DNA of 64,000 bases from NCBI RefSeq assembly GCF_018977255.1, contig NW_024704743.1, positions 103,418,001 to 103,482,000 of the forward strand, given 5' to 3'. A program made the translations under genes and the position numbers. Of this stretch, positions 1 to 12,962 are shown in pieces. The notes under the pieces were generated by a model. The model saw only the letters and a list, made by a program, of their open reading frames with translations. It made no database searches and was not told the origin of the DNA. Within the stretch, counting starts at the first letter, position 1. Each line of letters opens with the position of its first letter. This DNA is from Callorhinchus milii (lineage: Eukaryota).

Positions 1-248
1 GGCAGCAGAGAGGTCGAGGAGGACAAGAAGGCAGAGGGAGCCCTGATCACAGATGTTCAGAATGTCATTAGTGACTTTGACCAGGGCTGTTTCCGTGCTA
101 TGGGCAGCGTGGAAGCCAGATTGGAGGGTTTCAAAGAAGGAATGGCGGGAGAGAAATGAGCGGAGCTGGGACGCGACGTCTCGTTCCAGGACTTTGGAGA
201 GGAATGGGAGGTTAGAGATCGGGCGATAGCTGGAGAGGAGGGATGACA
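1..248 (-). mobile_element. L2-clade LINE fragment (RT region), cut by window edge
   Basis: Minus strand reads ...[22 protein letters not shown]..., homologous to L2 copies at 7300-7560 and 20820-21050. Confidence 0.85.
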
Positions 249-854
249 CACACATTAAGAACACACAAGTCTTTATTTAGTATTACAAATGATTTTATGT
301 CTATGTGTATGTGCTTTTTGTTGTATATTTGAAGAGTGGAACCGTGTGCTCACTGAATTAGTTTTTGAATAGTTGCTATGGATATTCTGAAGTAGCAGAC
401 AGGAAACTGGAGCTATCAGTTTAATGCAGGACCCTGAGCAAACACTGTATGTTGCATTCTGTAGATCTTGGAGGTAGATTTTAGTAATCATGAATTACAA
501 AATGTTTCATGGCCAGAGAATCCAGACCCAGATTTTCTGACACTCGGCATAGATGCCAAGCTCATTAAAGTCATTAAAGTTGTAACTGAGAACGGTTATC
601 AAAGCTTCAGAAGATGGACCATGACATTAGTTATTCTCTAATTACAGATTGTTTGGAGGAAATACACAATTTAGTCCGCATGTTGCAGTTATCCAAGTTA
701 AAATTGCCATGGCAACACAAGATTAGCATGAAAACGATGAGGACAGATATATTACTGAAAATAAAATGTAATCAATTAGACTAACCATTGTGAGATGACA
801 CTGCTTCTTTAATGTGTTTCAGTGCTGAAATCCCCATCTATATGAACGTCAAAT

Positions 855-1012
855 ATAATAATAATCCTTGCTTTTGATTCAGCGCTTTATCAAGTAGTTG
901 AGTCATCTCAAAGCGCTTCACAGAATATATTGTAGAGTAGATTGTATTTTGTGGGCAAATCGTGGCAGCCAATTAAGCACAGCAGTGTCCCACAAACAGG
1001 CATGGATTGATT
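855..1012 (-). mobile_element. Degenerate 3' half of tRNA-SINE with L2-type tail
   Basis: (AAT)n-CCTTGC..., AAAGCGCTTCACAGAATA and GGCAGCCAATT...GTCCCACAAACAG blocks shared with full copies. Confidence 0.8.
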
Positions 1013-2039
1013 GATCTTGTGCAAATTTAAAAACTTTTAAAATCCTTGATTCTTGGGTCATGTAAGAGTGCTCCTTACAAATCATTATCTGATCTCAACT
1101 TTAAAATACCAAATGTGAGCTCATTGATGTTCATTATTGCAAAGTTTGCCTCATTGTATTTTCTTTCCACTACGGTCTGTGTATTCATTGTTATTATTAT
1201 TCAATATTAGGGTCAGATGCTAACTCATGTCCTTTATCCCACAGGAGCCCTCCCTGATTCACAGCAGAATGCAGCATTGTGTTTCTTGCCACTATTTTTC
1301 AAATCCAGTTGTCAACACTTCTCCAGGCAAAACGTTCCTAACAGATGCATCGCCAGTCACAGTTCTGAATAATAAAAATCCTTAGCTTCCTACACTCCTT
1401 GCATGCTAGCCCATGGGATGGCATAATGTACAATAATTAAAATTGCATTGATGTTACATCCTAATCTTTGTTGCAACCAACCTACCACTGTAGCAAGTAT
1501 TAACAAAAATTGCAGATAACTTCACTGTTCCCAGTGAGTGCCTTTCTCTACATAAAGTGTTCAGCTGACTGCCATATCTATTAATATAAAAAAAATCGTT
1601 TTTTAACAGTAACTTTATGTGGCACTTAGCATCTGTTTCCTTCCTTCTGTTTGTTGGCTGCAAGTAATCCTTCCTTCATGCTGGACTGAACTTTGGACAA
1701 GACTGTCAGATGCTGCCAGTACTCTTTGTGCCAGTCATACATCATTGCAAAGTAAATGAAGACGAGACATTCATGAGAACTGGGGACTTTAAATGCAAAA
1801 GAAAATATAATTTCCTTAATTCAATCTAGGTATTAAAATTGCACAATGGATAACTCGATCTCTCTATTTAAATAGTCCCACACTCCCAGAAGAATGAAAT
1901 AGCCAAATTCTCCTGATTTTTGTGAAGATTGTGAATAAATTGAGTTTCAATCCAAAATGTAATACTCAGGCTCTCGTCAGACTACACCACAAGTACTACA
2001 ATACAGCTATGATCACAGGGACACAAGGAGGCAGCACAA

Positions 2040-2475
2040 GCCCTAGAGGGAGTGCAGAGGATCAGCAATCATTCCACAGTGTAAAGGGAATGAGCTATGA
2101 ACAATTACACAAGCTAGGGCTCTTCAATCTTGAGAGAAGACAAGTTAGAGGACATATCATAGATGAATAACATTTGAAATGGGATTTAAAAAGTAAACCC
2201 AGAACAACGTTTTAGGTTGCACCAAGAAAGTAGGTGAAGAGACATAGGTTTAGAGTTGCAAAGGGCAATTTCATGATAGAGATACTAGGAATTAAAAAAA
2301 AACAGAGGGTTATCATTGACTGGAACAGGTAGCCAGGAAGGGAAGTTGAAGTCAGAACACTGTACATATTTAAAAAGCAACTCGATGTTATGTTGTGGGG
2401 ATGGCAGGGTGGGTATTTTTGAGGGATGAAATCAGATGGGCCAAAAGACCATTTTCATTCAAACCAATCTTGTGA
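2040..2475 (+). mobile_element. Old CR1-clade LINE 3' fragment
   Basis: Translates to GMSYEQLHKLGLFNLERRQVRG, typical of CR1 ORF2 C-terminus, followed by CR1-like tail (GATGGGCCAAAAG). Confidence 0.75.
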
Positions 2476-4922
2476 GTAGGAGAATGTCCACAATTTCAAA
2501 ACAATATGGATCCCAATCAGCAGTTTGCTTTGATTGAGACTTTCAAATGTTGAATATCACACCATAAACTGATATATCTGGAATATCATTACAAATGTAA
2601 AACTTCCAGCATTTGCTGTCAAGTATATATGAATGTACAGATATTTGGAATGCTTCAACTCAGACTGAACGTTTATTTCCAATTGGGTTTGCTGTCAGAA
2701 TCATTGCAATGTATACACTACAAACATGGAACCATGGAAATCTGTGACACAATAGGTGAACAGGCGAACATTCTGTATTAATGTGTATGTCTGCCCCTCC
2801 AATGAATCCATCTGACCTAATCCCTACGACGACCCTATTTGGGGCTGAGCTAGCATACTTCACAATGGATTATCAGAAATGAATTGTGTTAGTCTGTAGC
2901 AGTCTAAGTGGTTCACTTCTTGTACCAGTGCATGTGACCAGCCAACCTAATTCATTGGCAGGACTTGGAAGGTAAGACTTCTAAAGGGGGGGGGGGAATG
3001 GGGCACAAATTCTTCCCTTTCTGCTCCTATTAGCCTTGCAAGCCAAAGACCAATGGATAGGGTGGTTTTAGCCAGACAAGCAGCAAGAAGCTGAGACTCA
3101 GACTGAGCTCATATGACATGCTACGTGAATTTAACAGTTTAAACTCTTAAACTACATCAGTATTCCAACACATACTCTGGGTTCTCCAAGCCTTAGCTCA
3201 TGCCAACCTGTGTGTAAAATTTGCTGGAATTTGGTAAGCAGAGTGTGTCCTTCCAGGGATAGAGAGTTCACATTCCAGTCCACATTCCCTCCATGGAAAG
3301 GGAGTTTTCCATGCATACATGGAACTCATTCTGGTTTGGATACTCTCAAGCATAATGATGGGGTTCCTGCATGTATCAGACATCCAACTGACCAAATAAA
3401 CTCCTAATCCTAATTCCCTGGCATTTATTCCATGCTTTCACCGGCTTAAAACCAATACAACATTTAAGGCAAATCGATCCTTATTGTACCAGGAAGACAC
3501 AAAAAAGGATTTGGCATAAGTAGTGAATGGGCTTATTGAATATATCTGATGCTCATTGTTGCCTTACATTACAATGGAATCAGATGATATAACAGCAAAA
3601 GCAAAAGGTGATGTTTCTTTGCTTGTCTTCTGATCACATTTGAAGATTATTCCCCTTCAACCATGCCTCTGGGCATTTCTCCTTTCTCCCCAGCTCACAT
3701 CGTGCCTGTTAGCCACTCTACCCAGCACGAAGGGCACTATATAAATGTCAGTTGTTTTTGTTCTTATATTGTAACAGATTTGATATGATAATTATTACAG
3801 AAAAATGTATTATGAAACTTTGCATCCCTCCAGTGTTTTATAAGGGATGCAAAGTTCAAACCACAAACGACATCCAAACATTTGGGAAATTATTTTTTTT
3901 CACAGCGTGACCTTAAATATAAAATGCGGTATCATAAAATATGCCAGTGATCTTCTGATGTTGTTAGCAAGGAGTGATTACTCTGCAGACATCCCAATCA
4001 CAAGTATTTTCAGTATAACCTTATCATAATATCCTAACTGTTTAATGTTGCCCATATATTAAACCTCATCTTTTGTACTGGTTTTCAGCTTCCATCAACA
4101 AATGATGCTGTGAAAACCCCAAATAAGTCACAATTTCCATTCATCATTTTCTAATATTGTGATAAATTGCAGTGCCTGGGACTCTGCACAGAAATAATCT
4201 CACAGCAGAATTCGCCAAGATGTTGATCAATTGCTCACTGTGTGTAGTAAACAGGAAAGTTCACTTACAGAAAACATGATGAAGCAAAAATAGACATAGA
4301 TGAAAAATGCCCTAGATTGTAACATTGGAAATTTACAGCCAGGCAATGTGATGGGAAGATTCATCTACTGTCTATATTTTCAATAACCCCAATGTTTTTG
4401 CCTCTATTACCTTGATGGATTATTAAACATGGATCACTCTGTGAGGTCTATCTTTCGCTGATCACTAAAATCAAACATTTTGCTCCATTTTGAAAGCAAA
4501 GATCCCATAATAAAGACAAAGGAAAAAATAATCAGTGTAAAATAGCCCCTTTCCAGTTAAGTTTTGCTGGACATTTATTTCTTTGATAAATGCTTTCATT
4601 AGTTTGGATTTATGCACTATTGTCCTGCTTTATGTAGCAAAGAATAGAAGCACAAACACATCTGAAAGATAAATGTATCCTTCTTCCTCAGTGATGGTTA
4701 GAAATTCCAAGTCCAGATATGTTTTTTTTAAAATGGACAAATAAGTTTGGCATTCACCCACAAAAAACAGTCAATCTGCTTTACAGTATATGAAGTGAAG
4801 TGCTTTGAGACATCTGGCCACTAAAACGTGCAGAAGATATGGTTAAGCTACCTAAGCACCCCAATGAGAATCTGCAAAAAATTCTACTGAGGTACGTGTT
4901 AAAGCAACACTGCTAATTCAAG

Positions 4923-5252
4923 ATAATAATAATAATAATAATAATAATCCTTGCATTTGATATAGCGCTTTTTACGTCGGGAGGACGTCCCAAAGCGCTT
5001 CACAGAACACACTGTAAAGTGAATTGACTGTATTTTTTGTGGGCGAACGCGGCAGCCAATTGCGCACAGCAATGTCCCACAAACAGTCGTAGATTGAAAA
5101 TGACCAATTTATTATTGTTTTTGGTTTTGGAGGGATTATTATTAGGCGTGTGGAGTAAGGAAACTTGCCCAAGGTTTCGCCCTGCCTGGAAATGAACTCA
5201 GGTCTCTCGCTTGCAAAGCGAGTGCTCTAACCACTGAGCTACAGGACTCCAC
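4923..5252 (-). mobile_element. Full-length young tRNA-Ala-derived SINE (short subfamily)
   Basis: Head GTGGAGTCCTGTAGCTCAGTGGTTAGAGCACTCGCTTTGCAAGCGAG with pol III A/B boxes; stem-loop tail and (ATT)n; near-identical to copies at 10932, 14550, 36719, 43891. Confidence 0.95.
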
Positions 5253-5273
5253 AGATGGATGGATATGTTCATG

Positions 5274-5669
5274 GTGTCAGGCTGGCTCAGTTCGTAGCAC
5301 TCTCACCTCTGAATCTCAAGGTTCAAGATTCAAGCTCCACATTAGGACTTGAACTCACATGGTCTTGACCAACAATCCAACACAAAACTGGGGATGGCAT
5401 TGTTGGAGGTGCAATCTTTGAATCAAACCTAAGTTCAGCCTACTTGTTCAGGTGGACATCAAAAGATCCCATGGCACAACTCAAAACGTGAAGGGAGTTT
5501 CTCCCAGTATCCGGACAACAATTCCCCAAATAAAGTTGGTCATTCACTTTGCAACTTCAAATGGACTGGATCATACACCTATAAATACACAGTCACTCCA
5601 CTTTACAGTAAAATCCTGTCAATTGCTTTGACGTATACTTCTCTATACCAATTGCAAGGATTATTATTT
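5274..5669 (+). mobile_element. Older DeuSINE/SacSINE1-like SINE
   Basis: tRNA-like head GGCTCAGTTCGTAGCACTCTCACCTCTGA, core TTCAGGTGGACATCAAAAGATCCCATGGCAC, tail TGCAAGGATTATT; family name from recollection of shark SINEs. Confidence 0.7.
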
Positions 5670-6129
5670 AGCATTTAATGCATTGTAGGCAATTTTCAGA
5701 CAGAGAGTGGCTTTTTTTTTAAAATCCACACAAATGTAAATTGCATCATATTGTTGTCATAACTTGTGAGATTTGTTTATCATCAAGTTTTAATAACAAG
5801 AGCACATTCCAAAATAAATGTGAACTTGTAAAGCTGCTGATCATTTGCTCGATTTATTTTCTAATTGGGTATAGCATGTTTTCTTCAGCTGTTTATTTTT
5901 AATTCTTTTATTTTGCTTATTTCTGACAAATCTATCTGATTTTCAACCCGCAGAATTGAGATAATAATTTTAATTCAATCTGAATCTCTGCATTAGTCAA
6001 GTTATCAGACGATAAGGATCCTCATTTAGACTGAGCTATGATCTAATAACAGCATATGGGACATCCTCCTGTCATGAAAGGCGCTATATAAATGTAATTT
6101 TGTTCTTTTTTTTGTATACTTGTTGGTCA

Positions 6130-7855
6130 ACAAGAACAACATGCATTTATATAGCGCCCTCTAGGCCGGGCGGCATCTCAGAGCACTTATCAATGGTGGA
6201 GCCCGAGGCCAAGCCAGGGGGAGGGGGAAGGTGACCATAGGTGCAGTTGAAGAGCAAGATCTTCAGGTACGACCTGAAGATGGGGCAGGAGAGGATGAGG
6301 CGAAGGGGTTGAGGGAGGGAGTTCCAAAGTTTCGGGCGTAGTAGCTGAAGACAGGGCCGTTGATGGTGGAGCAGAGGATTAGGGGGACACGGAGGAGGTC
6401 GGACCCAGTAGAGCGGAGGCAGCAGGTACTGCTGTGGGGAGTGAGGAGGTTAGAGAGATAGGGGGGAGCCAAGGAATGGAGGGATTTAAACACTAGAGTG
6501 AAGATCTTGAAGTCGATCCGCTCTGTGACAGGGAGTCCGTGGAGTTTGGCAAGGACTGGAGTAATCTGTGTACGGAGTTTGGTGCGGGTGAGAATGTGGG
6601 CAGCAGAGTTTTGAATCAGCTGAATTTTGTGAACAGTGGAGGAGGGGAGACTGGTGAGGAGGGCGCTATAGTCCAGCCGAGAGGTGACAAAGCATGGACA
6701 AGGATTTCGGCAGCTTTTGGGGTGAGGTATTGTCGGAGCCGGGCAATATGGCGGAGGTGGAAGAAAATGGTGCTGGTCAGGAACCGGATGTGGGGGAGGA
6801 AGGATAACTGGGGATCGAACCTAATGCTTAAGTTGTGCACGGGTTTGAATAGTTTTAATGACAGGTCGGGAAGGTTGAGGAGATCGCAATCGTGGGACAG
6901 AAGACGTTAACTGGAGCCAAAGTGTATGGCTTCCATATTGTTGCCATTTAACTGCAGGAAATTAGCACTCATCCAGCTCTTGATGTCCAACAGACAAGCT
7001 GACAGGACATCAGGGGACTGGGGGTCGCAACTGGAGATGGAAAAGTAGAGTTGAGTGCCATCCACATGCATGTGGAAGTTAACCCTGTGTCTGTGAATGA
7101 CATCACTGAGAGAGAGCTTATAGATGAGGAACTGAAGGGGGCCAAAGATGGATCCTTGGGGTACCCCGCAGGTGACCGGGTAGAGAAGAAAAGCCATTGG
7201 CAGAAATGTAATGCTGGCGGTTTGTAAGGTAGGACTCAAGCTAAGCGAGTGCGATCCCACTGAGGTGGATAATGGAGGACAGGCAGTGGAGGAAGAGATG
7301 TGATCGACAGTGTCAAACTTTGGGGGAGAAGTCCAGGCTGACGAGGAGGCAGAGGGAGCCCTGGTCACAGATAGAGAGGATATCGTTTGTGACCTTCACA
7401 AGCACTGTCTCTGTACTGTGGGCACGGCGGCAACCGGACTGGGGGGGGTTCGAGTAAGGTGTGGAGGGAGAGGTGTGCGCGAAGTTGGTTGGCAACAATG
7501 CTTTCCAGAGCTTTGGCAAGGAAGGGCAGGTTTGAGATAGGGCGGTAGTGGCCGAGGTTGGAGGGATCAAGGGTAGTTTTTTTTAAGGAGGAGGGTGATG
7601 ACTGCGGTTTTGAGGGGGAGTGGGACTGATCCTGAGGTGAGGGACTGGTTAATAGTGTCTGCCTGCAGTGGGCAGAGGAGGGGGAGCTGAGTAGTTGGGT
7701 GGGGAGGGCCTTGAGATAGCAGGTGGTGGGTTTCATTGTGGTGATGGTGGATGAGAGGGAGGAAGGAGAGATGGAAGCAAATTAATGTAGAATGGGGGCT
7801 GTGGTAGGAACTGAAGGTAGGGGGTTGAGGGATATGGAATGGGGGTTGTGGTACG
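6130..7855 (-). mobile_element. 5'-truncated, frameshifted L2 LINE (RT plus 3' end, type-2 tail)
   Basis: [53 protein letters not shown] motifs across frames; tail GGCGCTATATAAATGCATGTTGTT. Confidence 0.92.
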
Positions 7856-9929
7856 CCCCCATTTATGAATGTGAAAAGCGCTATATAAATGTAATTTTGT
7901 TGTTGTTTATGCTATATTAGTTGGTCATGTTTCACTGACTGGGTTTTCAATATACTACTGGCAAAGAGACCATGTATGGTGTCATTTTTTCTACTTTGTT
8001 GCTTTTGTCCATTCCTCAAATTTACAACATACACATCAATGACTTACAATTCAACTCAATAAAATGGGCAATTGCTGGGCTTTATAGATCATGATGCAGT
8101 GATATTAGTGAAATATATGGCAATGGTTAGATGAAGCACAGCTTTTTTCCTATGTTATTAAACAATATTTTATGTGGATTAAGTTCCAGTTCTGACCATC
8201 ATTCATACTCTGTTAGGCTCAAAAGACTTCCAAAGTGATTTTCATGCTCATCAAAATGGAACAATAATCTATTTTATCCGTGCTGTTGGTTTCTAGAAAA
8301 TAAATCCTTTTTTTATTTTTGTTTAATTAATAAAACCTTTGCAGAGGATTGGGAGCTTCAATTATTGATTTATATTTACTGGAAAACTTCCCAATTCTTA
8401 TTTAAGATATTACAAATATATTTAAACTGAGACAGTATACAGTAATTATAGCCCACTGTCAGATTACTCTTAACATTTTTTCTACCATTTGTTTCCTCCA
8501 TTTCCTTCCTCCCACCACCCCACCAACCACCCTTTTCTATGCTTTTTCTCATTCCAATCACATTTCCATTACAGCTTTGCAGGAACCAAATCCTCACCAG
8601 TACCCTGTTCATATTGCAGATATTTAAGTATGTGTATCAATAGTAAGTGCGAAGAAGCTATTTAACCATAGAGAGCATCATATTTGAACATGATCCATCC
8701 ATCCATTGACAGCCGCTTACAAACACAAACATATCCTGGCCATCAATCCTGCAGATAAAATTAGTCATTCAATTCATGGTCGTTTGTGAGACACTGCTAT
8801 GTGCAAAATGTATGTTGGGTGTACCTGCAAATTTAGTCACTACACTTTACATTAATCCTGCAAACTGCCTTGAGATATCCTCCCAGCATGAAAGGTACTA
8901 TATCAAATGCAAATTATGATTTTAGATATGGTTTCAGCAGAAGTCACTGAATGCAAAATGGTTCAGTTTGTTTCTTTGTCAAACTGCTCTCCTCAAGTTT
9001 AAACTGTAAACTAGCTAGATTTCTTCAGTATGTGAGACAACTCTTTCCATAAATTGAGAGTACCACAACAACATGTTAACATTGGCACAGGATCAGTAAT
9101 TCTTACCAATAAAAGCCCAAATTTAAATTTCATGTGGCATCATTTTGCTTTACAGCCAGACCTTAGAATGTTTTCAGGACAATATAACAATCCTTAAAGG
9201 GTAGAATTCTAGACATTTGGTCCTGGTTAGTAAAGCAACAATGATAAAGTAATTGAAATAAATGGTCTTATCTTATTTGTTTTGCCTTTCCAATCCCTCA
9301 AAAACACAATGTTAGTAAGCATATAAAAATAATAAAAATCCTAGTATTTAATCCTTGCGCTTTATCTCATTGTCGAGATATCTCAAAGTGCTTCACAAGA
9401 TTTACTGTAAAATGTAGCACTGTGTATTTTTTAAAAATAATTCACCAGTGACAAGTTGATATGGTGATCAGTATGTGGAATAAAACATGTAATTTTTAGT
9501 ACAGGGTATTTAGTACTTAGTATCATTTTACTCACAGGAGTCGACTTAACCGAAATGCAATTCTGTCAACAAGGAAAACAGATTTATTAGAATTTGTGTT
9601 CAAGAAATATGATGCCACCAGAGCCTGTAATAATCTAATTTTTAGGATGTGAAATTTGCACATTTAAACATAGTAGTAGTACACTGATCATTCAATTATG
9701 TATAAGATAAAATCAGTAACCAGCAGTTTAAATTAACAGCAATTCTCAAGATAAAACATGGATATTGCATGCAATGTATAATGAAGCTAATAGACTATAT
9801 AGAACAGGGAGACATTCCATCTGGTCTATATTTACTCTGTATTCTAAGCATTTTACAATGTCCAGAATTCAGCAAATTGTTGAATTCAATCTTAACTTAC
9901 AAGTAGGTCTCTACAGTGTTTAATAAAAT

Positions 9930-10215
9930 AATAATCATTCTATTTGATATAGAAGCTCTTATATTGGGAAGACGTCTCAAAGTGTTGACACTGTAAAGTC
10001 AATAAATGAATGACCCATTTTATCCAGAGGATTGTTAGCCATGACTCCAGGAGAAACTCCTTTCTCATTTTGAATTGTGCTCAGAAATCTTTAAGGTCCA
10101 CCTGGAATCCACTGAATGCTACACCTCATCTGATTTTCGGCACCTCAGACAATGCAGCATTCACCATCATTGCACTGGAGTACCAGTCTTACTGAGTAAA
10201 TCTAGACTCGGGTGG
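9930..10215 (-). mobile_element. Degenerate DeuSINE/SacSINE1-like SINE
   Basis: AAGACGTCTCAAAGTG tail and CACCTCAGACAATGCAGCA core shared with 19030-19408 and 34305-34662. Confidence 0.55.
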
Positions 10216-10799
10216 TATTTCACCAGGACGAAAATAAAGCTGAAAATCAGTCATTTAGTATATATTTTCAATCCTTCTAGGTAGAATCAGTGAAGCATTA
10301 CCATAAAGTTAACTTAAACAGATTTACAAATATTCCCCCGATAGCATTTACAGGAATCTTCACAAAAAGATAAAAGCTATTTCTAACATAGATTTACACC
10401 AGAATGAATGTAATCAGGAGATCATTTTGTCTAGTACAGTACTCTGTAAGTAATATCAGCATAAATATGTTTCAATCTAATTTTATAAACATTATACCAA
10501 AATGAAGTCCAAGTATCCAAGATAATCAATTAAACTAGCGATCATGAAACATTTCCAACCTGCAAACATTATTTAATATCAGGGTAAACAATGTAATGTT
10601 TTGTGACAGATTTCATGGGTTATATAATGAAATATCACAATTTTATTCCTAAAAACAGGCCTCTGACATGAACCTTTGCTCTCCCAACTTTGGCACCTTT
10701 GGCAACTCTATGTGATACTGGTATAATTCAATTTGAGTTAAGATGGTATATTCCAATTGATGATTGGAAACAGCAAAGGTGGTGTTGAAACCTTCAGAA

Positions 10800-11290
10800 T
10801 CTGTATTAGTTTCCAAGAGGGAACTCAATAGATATCTGAAAAGGAGTAATTTGCAGGATGAGGGATAAAGGTAGGCAAATGGGATTGAATGGATTGCTCT
10901 TTCAAAGGGCCAGCACCGGCACGATGGGTAGAATAATAATAATAATAATAATAATCCTTGCATTTGATATAGCGCTTTTCACGTCGGGAGGACGTCCCAA
11001 AGCGCTTCACAGAACATACTGCAAAGTGAATTGACTGTATATTTGTGGGCGAACGCGGCAGCCAATTGCGCACAGCAATGTCCCACAAACAGTCATAGAT
11101 TGAAAATGACCAATTAATTATTGTTTTTGGTTTTTGAAGGGATTATTATTAGGCGTGTGGAGTAAGGAAACTTGCCCAAGGTTTCGCCCTGCCTGGAATT
11201 GAACTCAGGTCTCTCACTTGCAAAGCGAGTGCTCTAACCACTGAGCTACAGGACTCCACATGGCTTTCTTCTTGTGTAAATTTCTATGGT
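10800..11290 (+). mobile_element. CR1 3' tail remnant interrupted by a SINE
   Basis: GCTCTTTCAAAGGGCCAGCAC...ACGATGGGTAGAAT resumes after the SINE as ATGGCTTTCTTCTTGTGTAAATTTCTATG. Confidence 0.7.
10932..11259 (-). mobile_element. Full-length young tRNA-Ala SINE
   Basis: Near-identical to 4923-5252. Confidence 0.95.
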
Positions 11291-12962
11291 TTCATAACTG
11301 TTTGAAATATCCTATTTTTCATCCTATTGTTCAACTGTTCAAATTCTATTTGTTGATACAAAGACTTTAGTTACAGTATTTGTTTAAGACGTGCTGTTTT
11401 GCTGATGGTTATACAATTCACAAATGTTGTTCTGCATTATCAGTATTGTACATTCCAAGGCTTAGAATTACATCTTTACCGTACAGCCGTAGATATTGAA
11501 TTTAAAAGAAGACTCAGCTTTCACTTTCATAGCCAGGTGGTTTGGGTTCTAGTTGTGAAAAAAAATAATATTAAATACGCATTGCAGATACCTAAGAGAA
11601 AATTATGGTATGACTGGTAAGTCTCAACAATCTGTTATTCCGAAGATAACATTTTACTTTTAAACAACAAGCAAACTCTTTTTCATGTGCATCCAAGAAC
11701 GATTTGAAAACTGGAATAGAGACAGTGAGCAGTGAAAAGAAAATCATAATGCCTACCTCTATTTTTACATTCCTCGTCTTATCCATCTCCTTCTCCTACT
11801 CTCCCATTTCCCAGACCTAATCAATCTCTTTCATACTCATGCGGTCAAAATAAAAATACGTGTAATATGATGATTATTATGTTTCATGAATTATATCACC
11901 GAAAATTTTGGTGAAATCTTTCATTATGTAGAACTTTGAAGGGAAGCCGGATAAAATGCTTTCCACCCTCAACTTTCACAAAATGCTTGGGCCCAAAGCC
12001 AGCCTGAAGCTTCCTGCAAATACCATTATAATCACTGCCAATAAAGAATAAAGGATGTGGTTGAGTTTTGAATAAGTCAACATCTTTTGAACGAACATTG
12101 AATCACTGCTCTTCATGGACAGTGCTAACAATGGCAGCCCCTTCTGGCCCAATCATGGCTGAGTAGCAGACCAGCCCAAAAATATAGACAGGTTTGAACA
12201 TTTTTTAGTGATGCGATAATTGTTGTATCACACACATTTTTTTAATCCTCCAACAAACTTCTTGTGTTCTCACAACCATTGCACTAATTTCTGCGGTGAT
12301 CTTTCTCGTTTTAAAATTAGAAATTGATCTCCTCCATTTTCTTTCTAACAATCTCTCAGAGAAAAATAATTAACTTCAGGGACTGGTTAGAGAAATTGGA
12401 TCTGGAGGAGAAAATTTAGTTTGTAATAACTAGACAAAATGTCAATAGGAAGGTTACTTTCACTTACAAAATTAAATTTGTTAAGCGTCTTTCACGTCCA
12501 TGGAGAGTCAGGAACTTGGACCCGAGTAGGGGGTTAGGAGCAGGGAGGGTGGAGGGCAGGAAGGTTAGGAAGGTGTCCGGAGGCAGGTTTGAAGAGAAGG
12601 GTTAGCAGGGCACAGAGGTCACTTAACTAAATGGAGAGTTTCTGTTGATAAAAAACATAAAACAATTGAGTTTCATTTAAACTAGATTTGGAGAGGAAAA
12701 GCTGAATGTTGTGGTAGATGAAAAAGACTCAGGGACGTCCTCTTCCTGATGACCTGCTGGTCATCAGGAAGAGATGAGAAAGGTTGAAAAGAAATAGAAA
12801 ACAAATAGGGGAAATATCTAGAACAACAATAAGATGCGTTTATTTACTGCCCTTCATTCAGGATAGCATTTTGGAACGCTGCTACGAACACAAGGATCCC
12901 ATAAAGCTTCAAATAGCAACACTATTTCATAACCTTCAATCTAATCTTGTCTGTTATTATTA

